64,000 nucleotides of DNA from Glaucostegus cemiculus (lineage: Eukaryota). The stretch is from NCBI GenBank assembly GCA_976551045.1, contig CDPCPM010000056.1:29822001-29886000 (forward strand), in the 5' to 3' direction. The translations under genes and the position numbers were made by a program. A model generated the notes under the pieces. The model saw only the letters and a list, made by a program, of their open reading frames with translations, was not told the origin of the DNA and made no database searches. This document shows positions 51,231 to 64,000 of this stretch, piece after piece (within the stretch, counting starts at the first letter, position 1; the number at the start of each line of letters is the position of its first letter).

Positions 51231-53708
51231 AATACTTCCATGTGCCAAGGGCAGTAGAAGTTTGGAATCTTCTTCTGCAATTGACAGGTCAGACATTTTG
51301 TAAACCAAAAACATCCAGGATCAGAAAACAGCCAGGATAACCACTCGGAACATGGTTTGGAGGCTAAATAACGGCTTACTCTCCAAGCTGGCCATTTGGT
51401 GTCTGATTTGTTATTAGCCACATTGTTGATAAGGGTTACATCTTCCTTACTGTTTCTGTTGTCTTAGATTTGGGGATTTTTAACAAAGGTCTTGAAACAT
51501 CAAGTCTGAGTTACAAGCTTTATAGTTCCAAACAGGTATACCAACCCTCAAAGTTATCAAGGTATCCTTCCTGTGACCTATTCGCAAGAAGGTTTTTATT
51601 TGATTTACAAATTATTTCCTTCAATCGCTGTACTGTCCTGTGGTACATTGCACTTCATACCTAACAGTATGAAACACTTAATCTGATCCTATGATGGCAT
51701 ACAGTCATGTGATTGAATGATTGTGGAACAGCGGCATAACATGCTAAAGTAGCTGTCAATACTCCCTCCTTCTGAAGATGGGTTTACACACAACAACCAA
51801 GCCCTCAGATGGCCAAGTGTGATGGCCCCAGGAAACCATGTGGAATTGTGTGGGCTGGGGGAAGTTAGAAGGCGGCATGCCTCCTACAATCTATTTTGTT
51901 TTCATAAACTAAATCCAGTCCTCCATACAGTACTAACTAGTTCCTAGACCTGACAAGCTGTTCCAGGCAACAGTAACAACATTTCTATAAAGCTTGACCT
52001 TTGACCCAGATCCAGCACTGGTAACCGTACAAAATACAGAAACATTTCTGAGCATTCATTTGTCTTGAACAGTTACATTTGTTATGAACACAGTATGTAG
52101 CAACTAATGCTTGACTTTGGAGAATGGTAATAATCCGGCCTTAATAATAAATCTTTCATTAAATAAATGAATATATGTTAACTGTGGCTTAATTTTATTT
52201 GGAAAGACAAAAAAGTGACTAGTTTGAAGTTAATTATTGAAGTTTCAAGAGCATTTAGAAGAAGTTTGCAAAGGATTTAAATTCCTGAGCAAGTCCAAGT
52301 TGTATAGAGCATCACATATTATGCAAATTAAATGTTAATTTGGGGAACTGTGAATTAAATATGCTTGTGTAAACTGGTCTATTGGTAGTGAGCTGTGGGA
52401 ATCTGGACAACTGTGTTTTTAAAAAAGGCAGCTGTACTAACTCCCACTGAAAGCATGGCAGAGATCGCTTTCATGTCTTTACAATTTGTGTTTATGAGGT
52501 GATAACATTTTTACAAATGCCATCATTTTTGCTTTTTTATATTGCAAGTGACAGACCGACATTTTACAACAGGCTTACAGAAAACAAGAATTGAGCGTTC
52601 TGTCTGTAATGGACATTAACTGTTGAATAGAGATTCATATGCAAATGAAGAAACTTTCACTCAAAGCTGTGTATCAAGACTGACCAGCGATGAATGCAAA
52701 ACTAAACGAGGACAAGGAATTTTTAAAAAGACCAATTTTGGGGTTAAGCCAAATTTAAGTATCTGCAAGATTGCTGGATTCTTAATTAACCTGCTCTTCC
52801 TGTCAAGGTTTCCCCAAAAAAACCCTGTAATTTTTAACTAATATTCAACAAACATAGAAACAACTGTTAAAAATTGGTCATCCTTTAACACTTTTTTAAA
52901 AAATCTCTGACATGCCAAACATGTTATCTAACTTCTGGGACCTATGAGGAAGTTTGGTAAATGCCTATGTACAGGATCCCTGCCACTTTATTAGAAGAAA
53001 TTGCCGCAAGCCATCAAATTTCAGCAAGGAAATGTTCTCACACACACTAGGAAGAAGGAAGACCCAGCATATCAATGGCTTTGACTTTGAACTGATAACT
53101 TACTTAGTACGATGTCCACTAGTTTCATAACTAGAAGTCATCAAACCCAAGAAATCATATCCCAAAATTCTGACTGTTGAGAAGGCTGGAATTTGGGTTG
53201 GAATCCAACTTTTTAATCCCATTTAAAATTAATGTGAAATCCCAGTGCAGAAAAGTGATGAGGGTGAGGTGGGGTGGGGGGAGGTTACATTTTTTGTAGC
53301 CCATCACACCTGCATCACAACAGCTGTGCAGGATGAAGAGGTTATACCAAGCTATTGAGAAATTCTGTTGGATATGCCCACGAGCAGAATCTACATCATC
53401 AGGCATTACCAAGCACTATTCTGGGCCCACTGAAACACTCTGGTAACAAAACTAAACATAACTGATCACAGAGGAATCAAGAATCACAATACACTTCCCA
53501 TCAAACAATTAAAATTTTTGTCTCTCCTCATTCTTCAGATTCAGTCTGCCTCTCTTTTCCCCACTGTGAGTGCCAATTATTTCCATTAGGTACCTCTGCT
53601 GTGTGGTGCTGCTGTAAGTATCTACTTCAATTATTTCAATAACGCTGCCAAAATTATTGAAATAAGTTATTTTGTACCTTAGTCACCAGTTTTAGGTAGA
53701 ATTATGGA

Positions 53709-54003
53709 CAGTGAGATCCCACAATTCACAAGTGAGATGAATGAACAGTTAAGTTGTTTTAGCAGCTTTAGCAAGATGCATGTTCACCAGGACATTCAGA
53801 GAACAACAATGTTCTTCATTAAACAGGCATATGATTCTTAATTCTCAATATAATAAGCATTAAAAGCATTTAAACAGTTTATCCAAGAAATAATTCTTCA
53901 GCCATAATGAAACTTTGACCTAAATTATATGCTCAAATTCCAGAGCGATGCTCCAACCCACATCTTGTTTACTTGAGAGAAAGAAGTTTTCTCACCTAGC
54001 CAT
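53709..54003 (-). mobile_element. Deu-domain SINE (SacSINE1-like)
   Basis: cagtgagatcccacaa...ccaggacattcagagaac...ctaaattatatgctcaaattccagag...aacccacatcttgtttacttgagag is collinear with the reverse-complemented DeuSINE consensus. Confidence 0.6.
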
Positions 54004-55189
54004 GATGACAAAAGTAATTTTTCCCCATTTCTTTATGCCTTGGTATGGAAGTATTAAAGTTAATAAATATTTTCAATTAATTATTATCTATAAACAGAAG
54101 CAAAGCCTCAAACTGCAATCCATCCCCTGCCTTGTCATAGTCGGCTCCTATCCAGTTTTGGTCTTGGAAAAAAATGTGGTAAATGCTATGTAGGGGATCG
54201 ACCAGGGGAATCTACCTGGCTTTCTATTTGAAACCTAAGCTCTTAGTAGATTTGAGCCAAAGACTCTAAATTCTGATAATTTAGATAAAACATTAATCAA
54301 TTCTCAATTAATTATTTCATTTAGGAAAATTAAACAATTGTCAAAATAACTGAGTACTTCATTAGATACTGAAAATAAAATTTCATGTCAGAGTAGAAGA
54401 TGCATTATATGACTGATGATAGTTAACTTGAAAGCACAACACTGCCTTCAGGATGATAGAAATAAAAATGTTGTTCCCTATCACAAGCATTCGTCTTTAC
54501 CCTAACTGATAGAAGTCAAGAAGTTAAATAACTGGCAAGTTGTGAATCACACCTTGTTTTCAATACTAAAATACTGTATTATACATTAGCGGTACAAAAT
54601 ATAGCTTCTCCTTCTTCTGTTGTGAAACTTTTTAATATATGGTTACTTTACAAGGCAGAGTTAAAACAAGTTACATTACACAAAGAGAAGGAAACGTCAA
54701 TACTTAAAAAGCACAGAGCTAACTTTAAAAAAAATACCAATTGTTGGCATCGCTATCCATGAATGACAAGGCAGTGCTAGGTATCCATAATCCCCAAGCT
54801 ATAGTTAGTCAGTGATCCTTTGAGCTGTCATCAATCAGTCCCTATCACCCTTCTTTGGGGAGCACCATATTGTTTTCTGCAGTACCAACAGATTTATTAT
54901 TCCTGTCCTGTCCTTTCAGCTGAAACTGATTGCATTCTCCTTCCAATGTGGCACATTTCTTCTGCATGGAACCACACTGCTTCATTTTCCACCCTTAGTC
55001 CAATTTGTATTTGGTGTACCTCCTGCAGTGTAACACAGTGCATGAACAACTGGACCAGTCAACCTGACCACACAAGTGGCTAAAATGCTCCAAAAGAGAA
55101 AGCTCTTCAAAGTCATTTCTGTGCAAGTCTGTTAAGTATAAATTAAACTCTATGAAAATATTGTTTAAAAGAGTGAAACGCACAAATAT

Positions 55190-55330
55190 TACACAAAATA
55201 CTGCAAACACTCAGCAAACCAAGCAGCATCTGTGGAGAAAGGAAGGTAGAAGCAATGTTTCAGATTTATGGTCCTTACTATGACCTGCTGGACAGTTCAG
55301 CTTTCTGGTATCTGCAGTGTTTTGCTTTAA
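55190..55330. mobile_element. Miniature inverted Penelope-like terminal repeat relic
   Basis: actcagcaaaccaagcagcatctgtggaga...aatgtttcag, then the opposite-orientation tgacctgctg...ttctggtatctgcagtgttttgcttt. Confidence 0.65.
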
Positions 55331-58300
55331 AGTTAACAAAAGAATTACAAGTTACAAAATTTAAAAACTTCTGATGATAGCCACAAGATCATAAACTTGG
55401 ATAATTACATACCTTTTCAATCAATAGCTACTATAGTCTCCATTTTTATCAAACTCTCATATGGTAAAACATCTACAAAACACAAAGGCAGAGGACAGTT
55501 CATTCACTGCTTGCCCACGACAAATAAATTTATCAAAATGTAGCAATTCATTTTGGAAAGCTTGCTGATACTAGTTAATTAACAAAAAGAAAACAGCTAA
55601 TTGATTTTTATACAATGCCAACAAATTGAGGAAAACTTGCTAGGAAATTAATTTAATGCATTTTGACTTATACACACATAATGCTCCAAACCTTTTCATC
55701 TTCACAATCCAACAGGTATCAGGTACACTTCAAAACAATACAAGCTTTCAAGACCTGCCAATCAAATATTGTGTGATAAAACACAAGTATGCAAACCAAA
55801 CAAATATTTTGCATGCTCCCACCCCCCAACCTGCTCAATGCCTATTTAAAATTACTTGACAAATAAGTTATGGCCATTATATTAATTAGGACAGAGTAAA
55901 AGTTATTCTGAAGACTGAAATTTGTTTTCTCAACATTTTTTAAATGATGGTTTCATTCTCCATATCAATTCTATCTAATATTGTTCTATATTAATATTTT
56001 CAGTTCACAATTGCCTCAATTAAACTATTAAGTTAATAAAATTAACCACTGATTATACAGCACACCTGCTTTTCCCATTTCCATCAAAGCACAAACCTTA
56101 GTATTTTGCAATTCCATTGTCAATCACTAAATATTAATTATAAATAAAAAACTGAAAATTCTTGTGTGTGATGTTATAAAGCAAATGCTGAGCATCAAAA
56201 CCTCAGTTATTTTAATTTCAATTTGCTTTAAATCAATTAATAATAGAAGAGAAAATAGAAATGAACATTGAGGTTTTGTTCATTAATATCACTCAGTGAT
56301 TTCCAGACTGTTGTATTTAATGTTCCTTTACACTGCAGTTACTAGTTTGAATATGGTTGGTGTTCTTTTTACCATTATGAGCTGGCAGCAATGAATGACA
56401 CTGGCAAGTCTACATACTTTTGTATCCAAAGTGGTTCCCCACCTCACTGCACTGGAATGCAAAAAGTTTTACACTGGTGAAGTGATGGACCTGCCAGTTT
56501 TTAACTAGCATTCTTGTGTTGACAGTTTCTAAACTACAGGCTCCAACGTTTATTCTGAGTACACACTATAAAAGCAGCAAAAGAAGCTTGAGCAATTTTC
56601 ATGATTGGACCTGATTTGAACCTTTGAAACTAGCTGCCATTGCTATCTGACAGCTTGTTCATTGGGATGGGGTAGGAATGGAGAAGAGTAAGTAGACTGT
56701 TCAGTAATTGGTGGATGATGGGGATAAGTTGGTCAATTGGGATGGTGAAATTGAGGCACAAGAGAATTGGCAGGAACCCTTTGGTGAGGCCAGGAGAAAT
56801 ATATATTCTCCCCTTAACTCCTCAAAAATATCTTTGTTGGCTTCTCAGAGTGGCCAGCTATGGTCCATTTATGTACCACTGGCAGGGCTTCTCAAAAGGT
56901 CAGTTGCACTAGAGCTGCAAAGTAGAACATGGTCAAACAGACACTGCAGATAAGCTGGGGCTTATTTCAGGCAGATACGTTGCTTGTTTGTTTCATGGCA
57001 AGCAAATGTCAGCAGGACTAGGGAAACAATAATATTCCTGTAGCAAAAAACAAAAAGGGCAGAACTCACCAGCAGTAATACCTTTTCACCATTGGTGAAA
57101 TTCCACCATTCCACCCAGTCCCTTTTCCATCCTGACATGTGGCTGAGAAAAATCTCACTGTGATCGTGAGACCAGGTGCTGCTGAGACGCTTTTCACAGA
57201 AACAGCTTCTCTCTGTAAAGGGTTTATTCTATTTTATGTGTTTATACTGGAAGATCTTTTCAAAATATTTCTGCGCTATGACTTAAAAGACAGTGTAAAG
57301 ACTCAGGACAGCAATGCAAGCAAGCTAAACATGTGAAAATGCACAAACACCCAAAAAAACTCTCAGAATGAGAAACCATCAAATTGACTTAGCCAGGTAG
57401 GCAACAGAGCTCAAAAGGTCATAAAAACGTTCTTCAGATGTTCATGAAATGTCCTGCTTCTTGGTTCTTGTTACTTATCCATATATCCCTGCTGAATTGT
57501 TAGATTATGTTATAATTATGAATAATGAGAATGATTGTTTGCTGTAATGTTTGTTTGGTTAAGCAAAGAAGAAAACGTCACTAGTCTTGCTATACACTGT
57601 TAACTACAAAGAAAAACTTTCAGATTAAAAATACCAATTTACCCTTCAACGTGAGGTTGTTACGTTAGTGTGGAACCAAGGAACTATTTACCCCATCTGT
57701 CACGATTCAAGCAGTAATAATGTAACTTAGATTTTAAATATAGAAAAACAAGAGAATCTGAGAAGAAAAAAAAATGTATTAACTGTTTATAACAGCTCTA
57801 CATGACAAATGAACACAGTTAACACCAGGAGTGTTACGATAGCACAGAGGGGTAGAAATCTTTCAACGCATACGTCTACACACATCATCTGTATTACAAT
57901 TTTTTTCAGTCATGAATACAAGCAATCCATAGTCAGCTTCCAGAGCACCACTTTATAAAGACCAACGGAAAACATGGGATTGATCTTGATGCTTATGAAA
58001 TTGTTTCAAGCTGATGATTCTGTCTCAGTAATCCTCCTTCTGTAACCCTCAGAAGTAAATGCACTCCTCTAACTTTTGTTTCCAACTCATCTCCATATTT
58101 GATCACTCGCTATCCGACTGACAGCTAGGCTATTTGTCATTTATCTAATATCTCCTTGTTTGGCTTGGCATTCATTTTTTGATTGTTAACACTGGGTGAA
58201 GCATCTTGAGACATAATTGCAGTATTAAAATTTCTGGATTAATGATATCTGTTGTAATCTGCATTTCAACCACTAAATGATACAGCAAGTTACCAAGTGA

Positions 58301-59694
58301 TCCATGAGCAGCTGGAACTCCTAAACATTTCTAGATCAAAAACTGAGCAAGATTCAACCAATTTATTATCTGGATAATTAATAGATAAGTCATTTTTATG
58401 ATATTTTTTGAATAATTTAATGACATACATACTCCTATGTTAATTTTTACATTCCATTACAGCTAGTGCAAAAACTGTAAATGAAGCATTCTTTTGGATG
58501 GTGAAAGGAAATCTGTTCACACACAACATATAAAATTTTCTTCACATGTTCTTCCTCTCAAAATCTGTCAATATAAAGATATCTTTTTGGTGTTCACACA
58601 CAGTAAAAAAATTAAAAATTAGATCCTGTAAGAAAATCATTCTGTAAAACCACTGGGATTCTGCTCCAGCATACAAAAGAAAAGGATGCATTATCATTCC
58701 CAATGTCACGTGTATTCTAATGATAAATCAGTGGCACTGCAGATCTTAATTTGTGGAATATGCAATTTGTGGATTTGTGCTGGTGACTCTTTGAATTTAG
58801 CAATTATGATTAACAGTCCTAATAGTAAAAGGTAATGTGGTTTCATGCAAGGATGATATGGTATCACAATTCTTTAAATGTAAATACAAGATACTAAGAA
58901 TTTCAAGCATTCTCCTCATCTTAGTCATAACAACACTGGGAGATATTGTGCAGAAGCATATTCTTCCCCAAGGAAGATGGAAGGAAACAATGGAGTGAAT
59001 GGTGTGTGAAGCTAGCAAAATACTCATATTTAGGATATATTTTCCTAATTAAGCTCATTACAAAGAAATTCAAGTTTCAAGGGTAAAGTGAAAGCTAGTT
59101 ACATTACATCATGCACTTGCTATTACTCCCAAAAAATATTTGTGTGGAGTTCTGTGTTACAGCTTGCAAAATATCAGAGCATCCAGCAGAGGTAACCAGC
59201 ATGAATGCATAAGTTATTCTCAAATTGGACCTAACAGTGGAGACTCATGACTGTTATAGACAGAATAATTCCTCAATACCAGCCTGCTTCTTTAGTTCCT
59301 ATTAATGCATTGGAAACACTTATGATTTGGCAGCGATGTGACGCTGCAGCTTCACATAGAACATATGGTCATTCCACTGAGAACTGTGCTGGCAGTATCC
59401 ATCGTGGCAATAGGTTGCTACTCCAACAAATTCTTTGCAAAGATCATGTCCCAAAAATTAATCCCAGCACCAATGATTCCAATTTAATGGGTGGTGCACT
59501 GACAATGCTAGATTGGGCTTCTCTGTAAACATTCTGGAAATACATCGGAAGCACTTGAAGAACTAAATATTAGAATTAACAAAGTGATCATCAGATACCC
59601 AAGATGACACAGAAGAGCGGAGAGATGACTGGCTGCTAAAAGTTGTAGTTTTATGTGCAGTGTGAAACATAGCAATTAAAAAAGGAATGCAAGT

Positions 59695-60610
59695 ATATAA
59701 GAAATAGGAAAAGGTCTAGGCTATACAGCTGCTCAAATCTGCTCCACTATTCATTGAAATCATGGTTGAAATTTGGATTCACCACACCTTTCTTGCACAT
59801 ATCTTATTTTCCTTGCTTTTACTATGACAAAATGCTATCAATCTCAGTCTTGATTATACCGACCGTCTGAGCCCTCTTGGTGAGAGAATTCCAAAGATAC
59901 ACACTGTTCGCTAGATGAGGAAATTTTGTTTAATAAGCTCTTGTGTGGCACTTTATTGAAAGCCTTCTTAAATTCCCAATACTCCATATTCCACTAATTC
60001 CTCCTTATTTATTCTGCTGGTTAAAAATTTATTCTGCTGGTTAAAAATTTATTCACAGACTTTCCAAACAAGGTGGTCCTTTCTTGCTGACTTGCCCAGT
60101 CCTATTTTTATCAATGGCTTGTTACCACTTCCTTAATAATGGGTTCAAGCAATTTCCCTTCTACTGATATCATGTCAATGAAAAATGACAACCAATGCAT
60201 CCACCATCTCCAAAGCCTCTTCCTTCAAAAATAGCTAAGTCACTAGTGCCTTGGGGACTTTTTTTTTTAACATTTCAATCCTATCAATTCCTTTGATGCT
60301 CTTTTTATTTCATCAATAATAATTTCTTTCAGGTCCTCATATACCTCGGATCTGTTGTTCTCCACTACTTCCGGGAGGTCTTCTGTGTCTTCTTCTATGA
60401 GGACAGACCCAAAATTCATTTGTTTAATTTCTCTGCCATTTCCTTATTCCACAATAAATTTCTTATGTCTGTCTGTAAGCAAGACACTTTAACTTCTAAT
60501 CGTCTCCTAGTTACATGTTTATAGCTTCTACAGTCTGGTTTTATGTTTCTCACTGCATTGCTCTCTTATTCTCCTTTTCCTTTCCTCATTAACCTCATGG
60601 TCATATCATT
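59695..60610 (-). mobile_element. Old fragmented CR1 LINE
   Basis: 3' tail at 59695-59770; reverse complement of ggcactttattgaaagccttcttaaattcccaatac reads Y-W-E-F-K-K-A-F-N-K-V-P (the RT motif DFxKAFDKV); 20-bp tandem duplication tttattctgctggttaaaaa at 60008-60047. Confidence 0.75.
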
Positions 60611-60897
60611 TCACATTTCTTCCAGCATTGCCACATACCATGCCCACGACTTTTTCCTCTACCCATGATAATAAATATGCCTTCCTCCAGAGGGGAAGGG
60701 TGCACAGGTGAGCTCAGCATCCTTCTTTTACTAACTCCTGCCCGATGGTAACATCCTTCTGCAAGAAAGGATGTGTGTTGGCCACACAGCTGAGAAGTTT
60801 TTGAAAATATGCCAGTGGAGTTCAGCTGGTCTACATGATGAGGAAATGAGGTTCTCTAAATAGGAGTGAGACTGTGTGTACAGCAAACATAAGCAAT

Positions 60898-61206
60898 GAC
60901 AAGGTAAGACAAGATATCTTTATTAGTCACATGTACATCAAAACACACAGTGAAATGCATCTTTTTGCGTAGAGTGTTCTGGGGGCAGCCCACAAATGTC
61001 GCCATGTTTCCAGTGCCAACATAGCATGCCCACAACTTCCTAACCCGTACATCTTTGGAATGTGGGAGGAAACCGGAGCACCTGGAAGAAACCCATGCAG
61101 ACACAGGGAGAACGTACAAACACCTTACAGACAGTGGCCGGAATTGAACCCAGGTCTCTGGTGCTGAAATAGTGTTACGCTAACCGCTACACTACGGTGC
61201 TTGCCC
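60898..61206 (-). mobile_element. Young full-length tRNA-derived SINE (V-domain-like) with Rex-like tail
   Basis: Minus strand: A-box-like gtagtgtagcggtt, B-box ggttcaattcc, body tttgtacgttctccctgtgtctgcatgggtttcttccaggtgctccggtttcctcccacattccaaag, tail tttcactgtgtgttttgatgtacatgtgactaataaagatatcttgtcttaccttgtc. Confidence 0.92.
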
Positions 61207-61993
61207 TTAGGAATAGTAAAGGGAAAAAATAACTGGTGGGAGCTGTCTTTAGGCCACCAAATAATAACATTACAGTGACACAGGCAATAAGCCAAGAAAT
61301 AGGTGTAGCAGAGGATGCAGAGTGTCTAGGGAGATATCGATAGGTTTAGTGAGGGGGGTAAGGGTCTGGCAGATGGAATACAATGCTGGTAAATGCAAGA
61401 TCATCCACTTTGGAAGGAAAAATAGATGATCAGATTATTATTTAAATGGTGAAAGATTGCAGCAGGCTGTTCTTGTGCAGAGGGATTCGGGAGTGCTTGT
61501 GCATGAAATGCAAAAGGTTGGTTTGCTGCAACTGTACAGGGTACTGATGACGCTACACCTGGGGTACTGCATGCAGTTCTGGTCTACTTACCCGAGGAAA
61601 GATATACTGGGTTTGGAGGCAGTGCAGAGAAGGTTCACCAAGTTGATTCTGGAGATGAAGGGGTTAGCCTATGAGGAAAAATAGCCTGGGACTATACTTG
61701 CTGGAATTCAGAAGAATGAGAGGGGATCTTATAGAAACATAAAATTATGAAAGAGATAGATAAGATAGAGGCAAGAAGGTTGTTTCCACTGGTAGGTGAG
61801 ACATGAACTAGGGGACATAGCCTCAAGATTCGGGAGAGTAGCTTTAGGATGGAGATGAGGAGGAACTGCTTTTCCCAGAGAATAGTGAATCTGTGGAATT
61901 CTCTGTCCAGGGAAGCAGTAGAGGCTACCTCATTAAATATACTTAAGACACAGTTAGATTTTTGCATAGTAGGGAAATTAAGGGTTATGTGGA
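61207..61993 (+). mobile_element. Internally deleted CR1 LINE: endonuclease fragment joined to post-RT 3' part
   Basis: VGAVFRPPNNN (EN YRPP motif) at about 61236-61268, directly followed by WQMEYNAGKCKIIHFGR, HLGYCMQFWSTY...LEAVQRRFTKLI and FSQRIVNLWNSL. Confidence 0.9.
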
Positions 61994-62339
61994 ATGCTTT
62001 TCAGTAACTCCCCTAAAGAGAAGTAGGGGAATGCATTTTTCAAGAGGAAGCTACAGGTAATGCAGGTGTCAAGAGAAAAGTTGTTATTAGAAGCCAGATT
62101 CTTACCATGATTATTCTAGTGAGGTCATTGAAATTTCCTTTCACTGCTGCCATCTCTTGGGAGCTAAGTTCAAGTCATTAACCTTCCTGCTGGCCTCTTC
62201 CTACTGGCATAAGTGGTGTGCATGGAGGATTTACTCTGCTCTTGTGGAGACAAGGCAGGTTCACATGAAATAGATTTTAAATGAAAACTACCATATGTAA
62301 TCACAATGTTTTACTATATCATCCTGCTTTCATGATATA

Positions 62340-62445
62340 AGAACTGAAAATACTGGATACGTATAGCAGGTTAAGTCATACAGTAGCTGTGAAAAATAGA
62401 AACAAAGTCAGTGTTTCACATTGATCACCTTTCATCAGAACTGCT
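62340..62445 (-). mobile_element. Penelope-like terminal repeat with hammerhead core boxes
   Basis: Minus strand: gcagtt-CTGATGA (62438-62432)-aaggtgatcaatgt-GAAA (62417-62414)-cactgactttgtttct. Confidence 0.7.
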
Positions 62446-63847
62446 TCGTCCTCTAATTGCCATTTCCAGGTAGTTTCTCACCATATCTTTGACAAAGTCA
62501 ATCTTGAGTGGTCTAATGGACAGTTCGAAGAGTAGCCATCACCCACTCATTGATTTTATTGTCTGGTCTCACTTGGAAATGTGGTCTTCGAGTATATTTG
62601 GGCCTTTAAACAGGAATAGAATGGAGAAGATTGCTACATAGTGAACCACAATGAGGTGAACAGGACCATGAAATCAACAAAAGTTATTCTGAAAAATACA
62701 ATAACCTGTGGGGAAAAATAGATTTAACAACAATGAGGTATTTCACGCATAGGGCATAAAATGGCCTAAGCATCAGAAATAATTACTAAATTATGTGGTG
62801 TAATGTGGAAAGGTATTAGGAATGCTACTATTTTTGTTTTGAAGCCTGGGGCAAGAGTACTGTACGACGATAGCTGTATCAAAATGAATTGGTGGCAGTG
62901 TACTGAAGGTTGTATCTGGACACATAGACCTGCACTGAGTCAGCGGCATTGTAGATTCTTCTCATTCCATCAGTCTAATGGATAGCAATTGAATTTAATT
63001 AGTAAAGCAGCTCAGAGTAACAGCACGCTGCGCAGAGTGAAATGAGAAGCTATCTACTGAAGACTTGCAAAGAATGTCTTTTTAACTGCCATTCTGAATA
63101 GTGATGGAAGCCAAATGCTCTCCTCATAATCTCCAACTACAAATTATTACAGTAAAATGTGGAAGGGGGTCCCCCTTCTCACTTTTTCTTTAAAATGTAC
63201 AAGGAAAAACACATAAGCCCTCCTGTAGTTTTGATGCTAACAAGAGACTCAATTTTGCCTGGCTGGTCACAGCAAGCAGGCAAGTTCCAATGATTGATTA
63301 TTGTGGTATCTCTGTATCTTTGACTTTGAACCATGACCTCTTTGTGTACAAAGAGGGTTGGGACCTACCATTTGCCATCTGGAAAGAGGGACTGTACACA
63401 GGGAAAAAAGTCTAACATTAATCACCCAATTAAGAGCACACAAAAATAGACCATACAAGTTTTATGAAATTTAATAATTTTCTAATTTAATTGGATTCTT
63501 AGACAGCCCACTATCCAGAACTGGCAGAACTCGTTTATACATTTGCTCTCAATCCCTGCACTAAAAAGTGAGCTCAAGTTCGTCTTTGCTCGACTAATCT
63601 GCAAGCACTTTAATTAGCCTGAAGAAAAGTGATTGTTCACTTCAAACCAAAAGGACGGACAGACTGAATTCTCACCTATTGTGTGATGTGGAGCATTTTA
63701 CTAGACAAATTCACCAATTAGTCCAGTCACATACAGCAGTATTCTCTCCGTTTCTAGAGACCCAGCAATGCAAAGCCACCTCTTTGAAAATCCAGTGCAA
63801 TTATGCTGAGAGCTTGAATTTCTATCTGGGTTTTGATTGGTGAGGTT

Positions 63848-63869
63848 GGGGGGGGGGGGGGGGGGGGGG
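63848..63869 (+). repeat. Poly(G)22 tract
   Basis: Read directly from the sequence. Confidence 0.9.
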
Positions 63870-64000
63870 TTTGACAACTGGGAAAACCTATCTCCAGAGG
63901 CATTTTGACTCCCCACTGAGGACATTTTTTTTTGCAGAGTAAAAAGAATGTTGTATTGATCTGATTACACTGCATTACCCACAATAGAACAGCATATTGA

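Noticed and set aside
59182-59197. ccagcagaggtaac as a possible CTCF site
   Set aside because: The 3' half departs from the consensus; insufficient support
60008-60053. 20-bp tandem repeat as a possible CRISPR-like array
   Set aside because: Two adjacent copies with no spacers inside a CR1 relic, i.e. a slippage duplication; the DNA is eukaryotic and no cas genes are present

Overview
AT-rich, CpG-depleted, non-coding vertebrate DNA. The repeat content (CR1-clade LINEs, V-SINE/HE1-type SINEs, Penelope-like elements, Deu-domain, LF-SINE-like and AmnSINE2-like relics) points to a cartilaginous fish, most likely a shark or ray. I recognise no host protein-coding exon. The few ORFs with recognisable motifs are decayed retrotransposon fragments (CR1 RT/EN, Penelope GIY-YIG) and the rest look like chance ORFs, so the window is probably a very long intron or a regulatory gene desert. 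Points most worth checking: (1) Penelope terminal repeats carrying minimal hammerhead-ribozyme cores, with the ACGU palindrome decayed at its CpG wherever it can be read; (2) a duplicated 50-nt stem-bulge-stem motif with a compensatory base change (8909-9229); (3) a LINE that shares its 5' head with a SINE elsewhere in the window; (4) a recursive-splice-site-like motif at 50878-50904; (5) a cluster of ancient SINEs next to a roughly 10 kb transposon-poor block rich in homeodomain sites. Repeat family names come from my recollection of consensus sequences, not from a database search, and boundaries are approximate.
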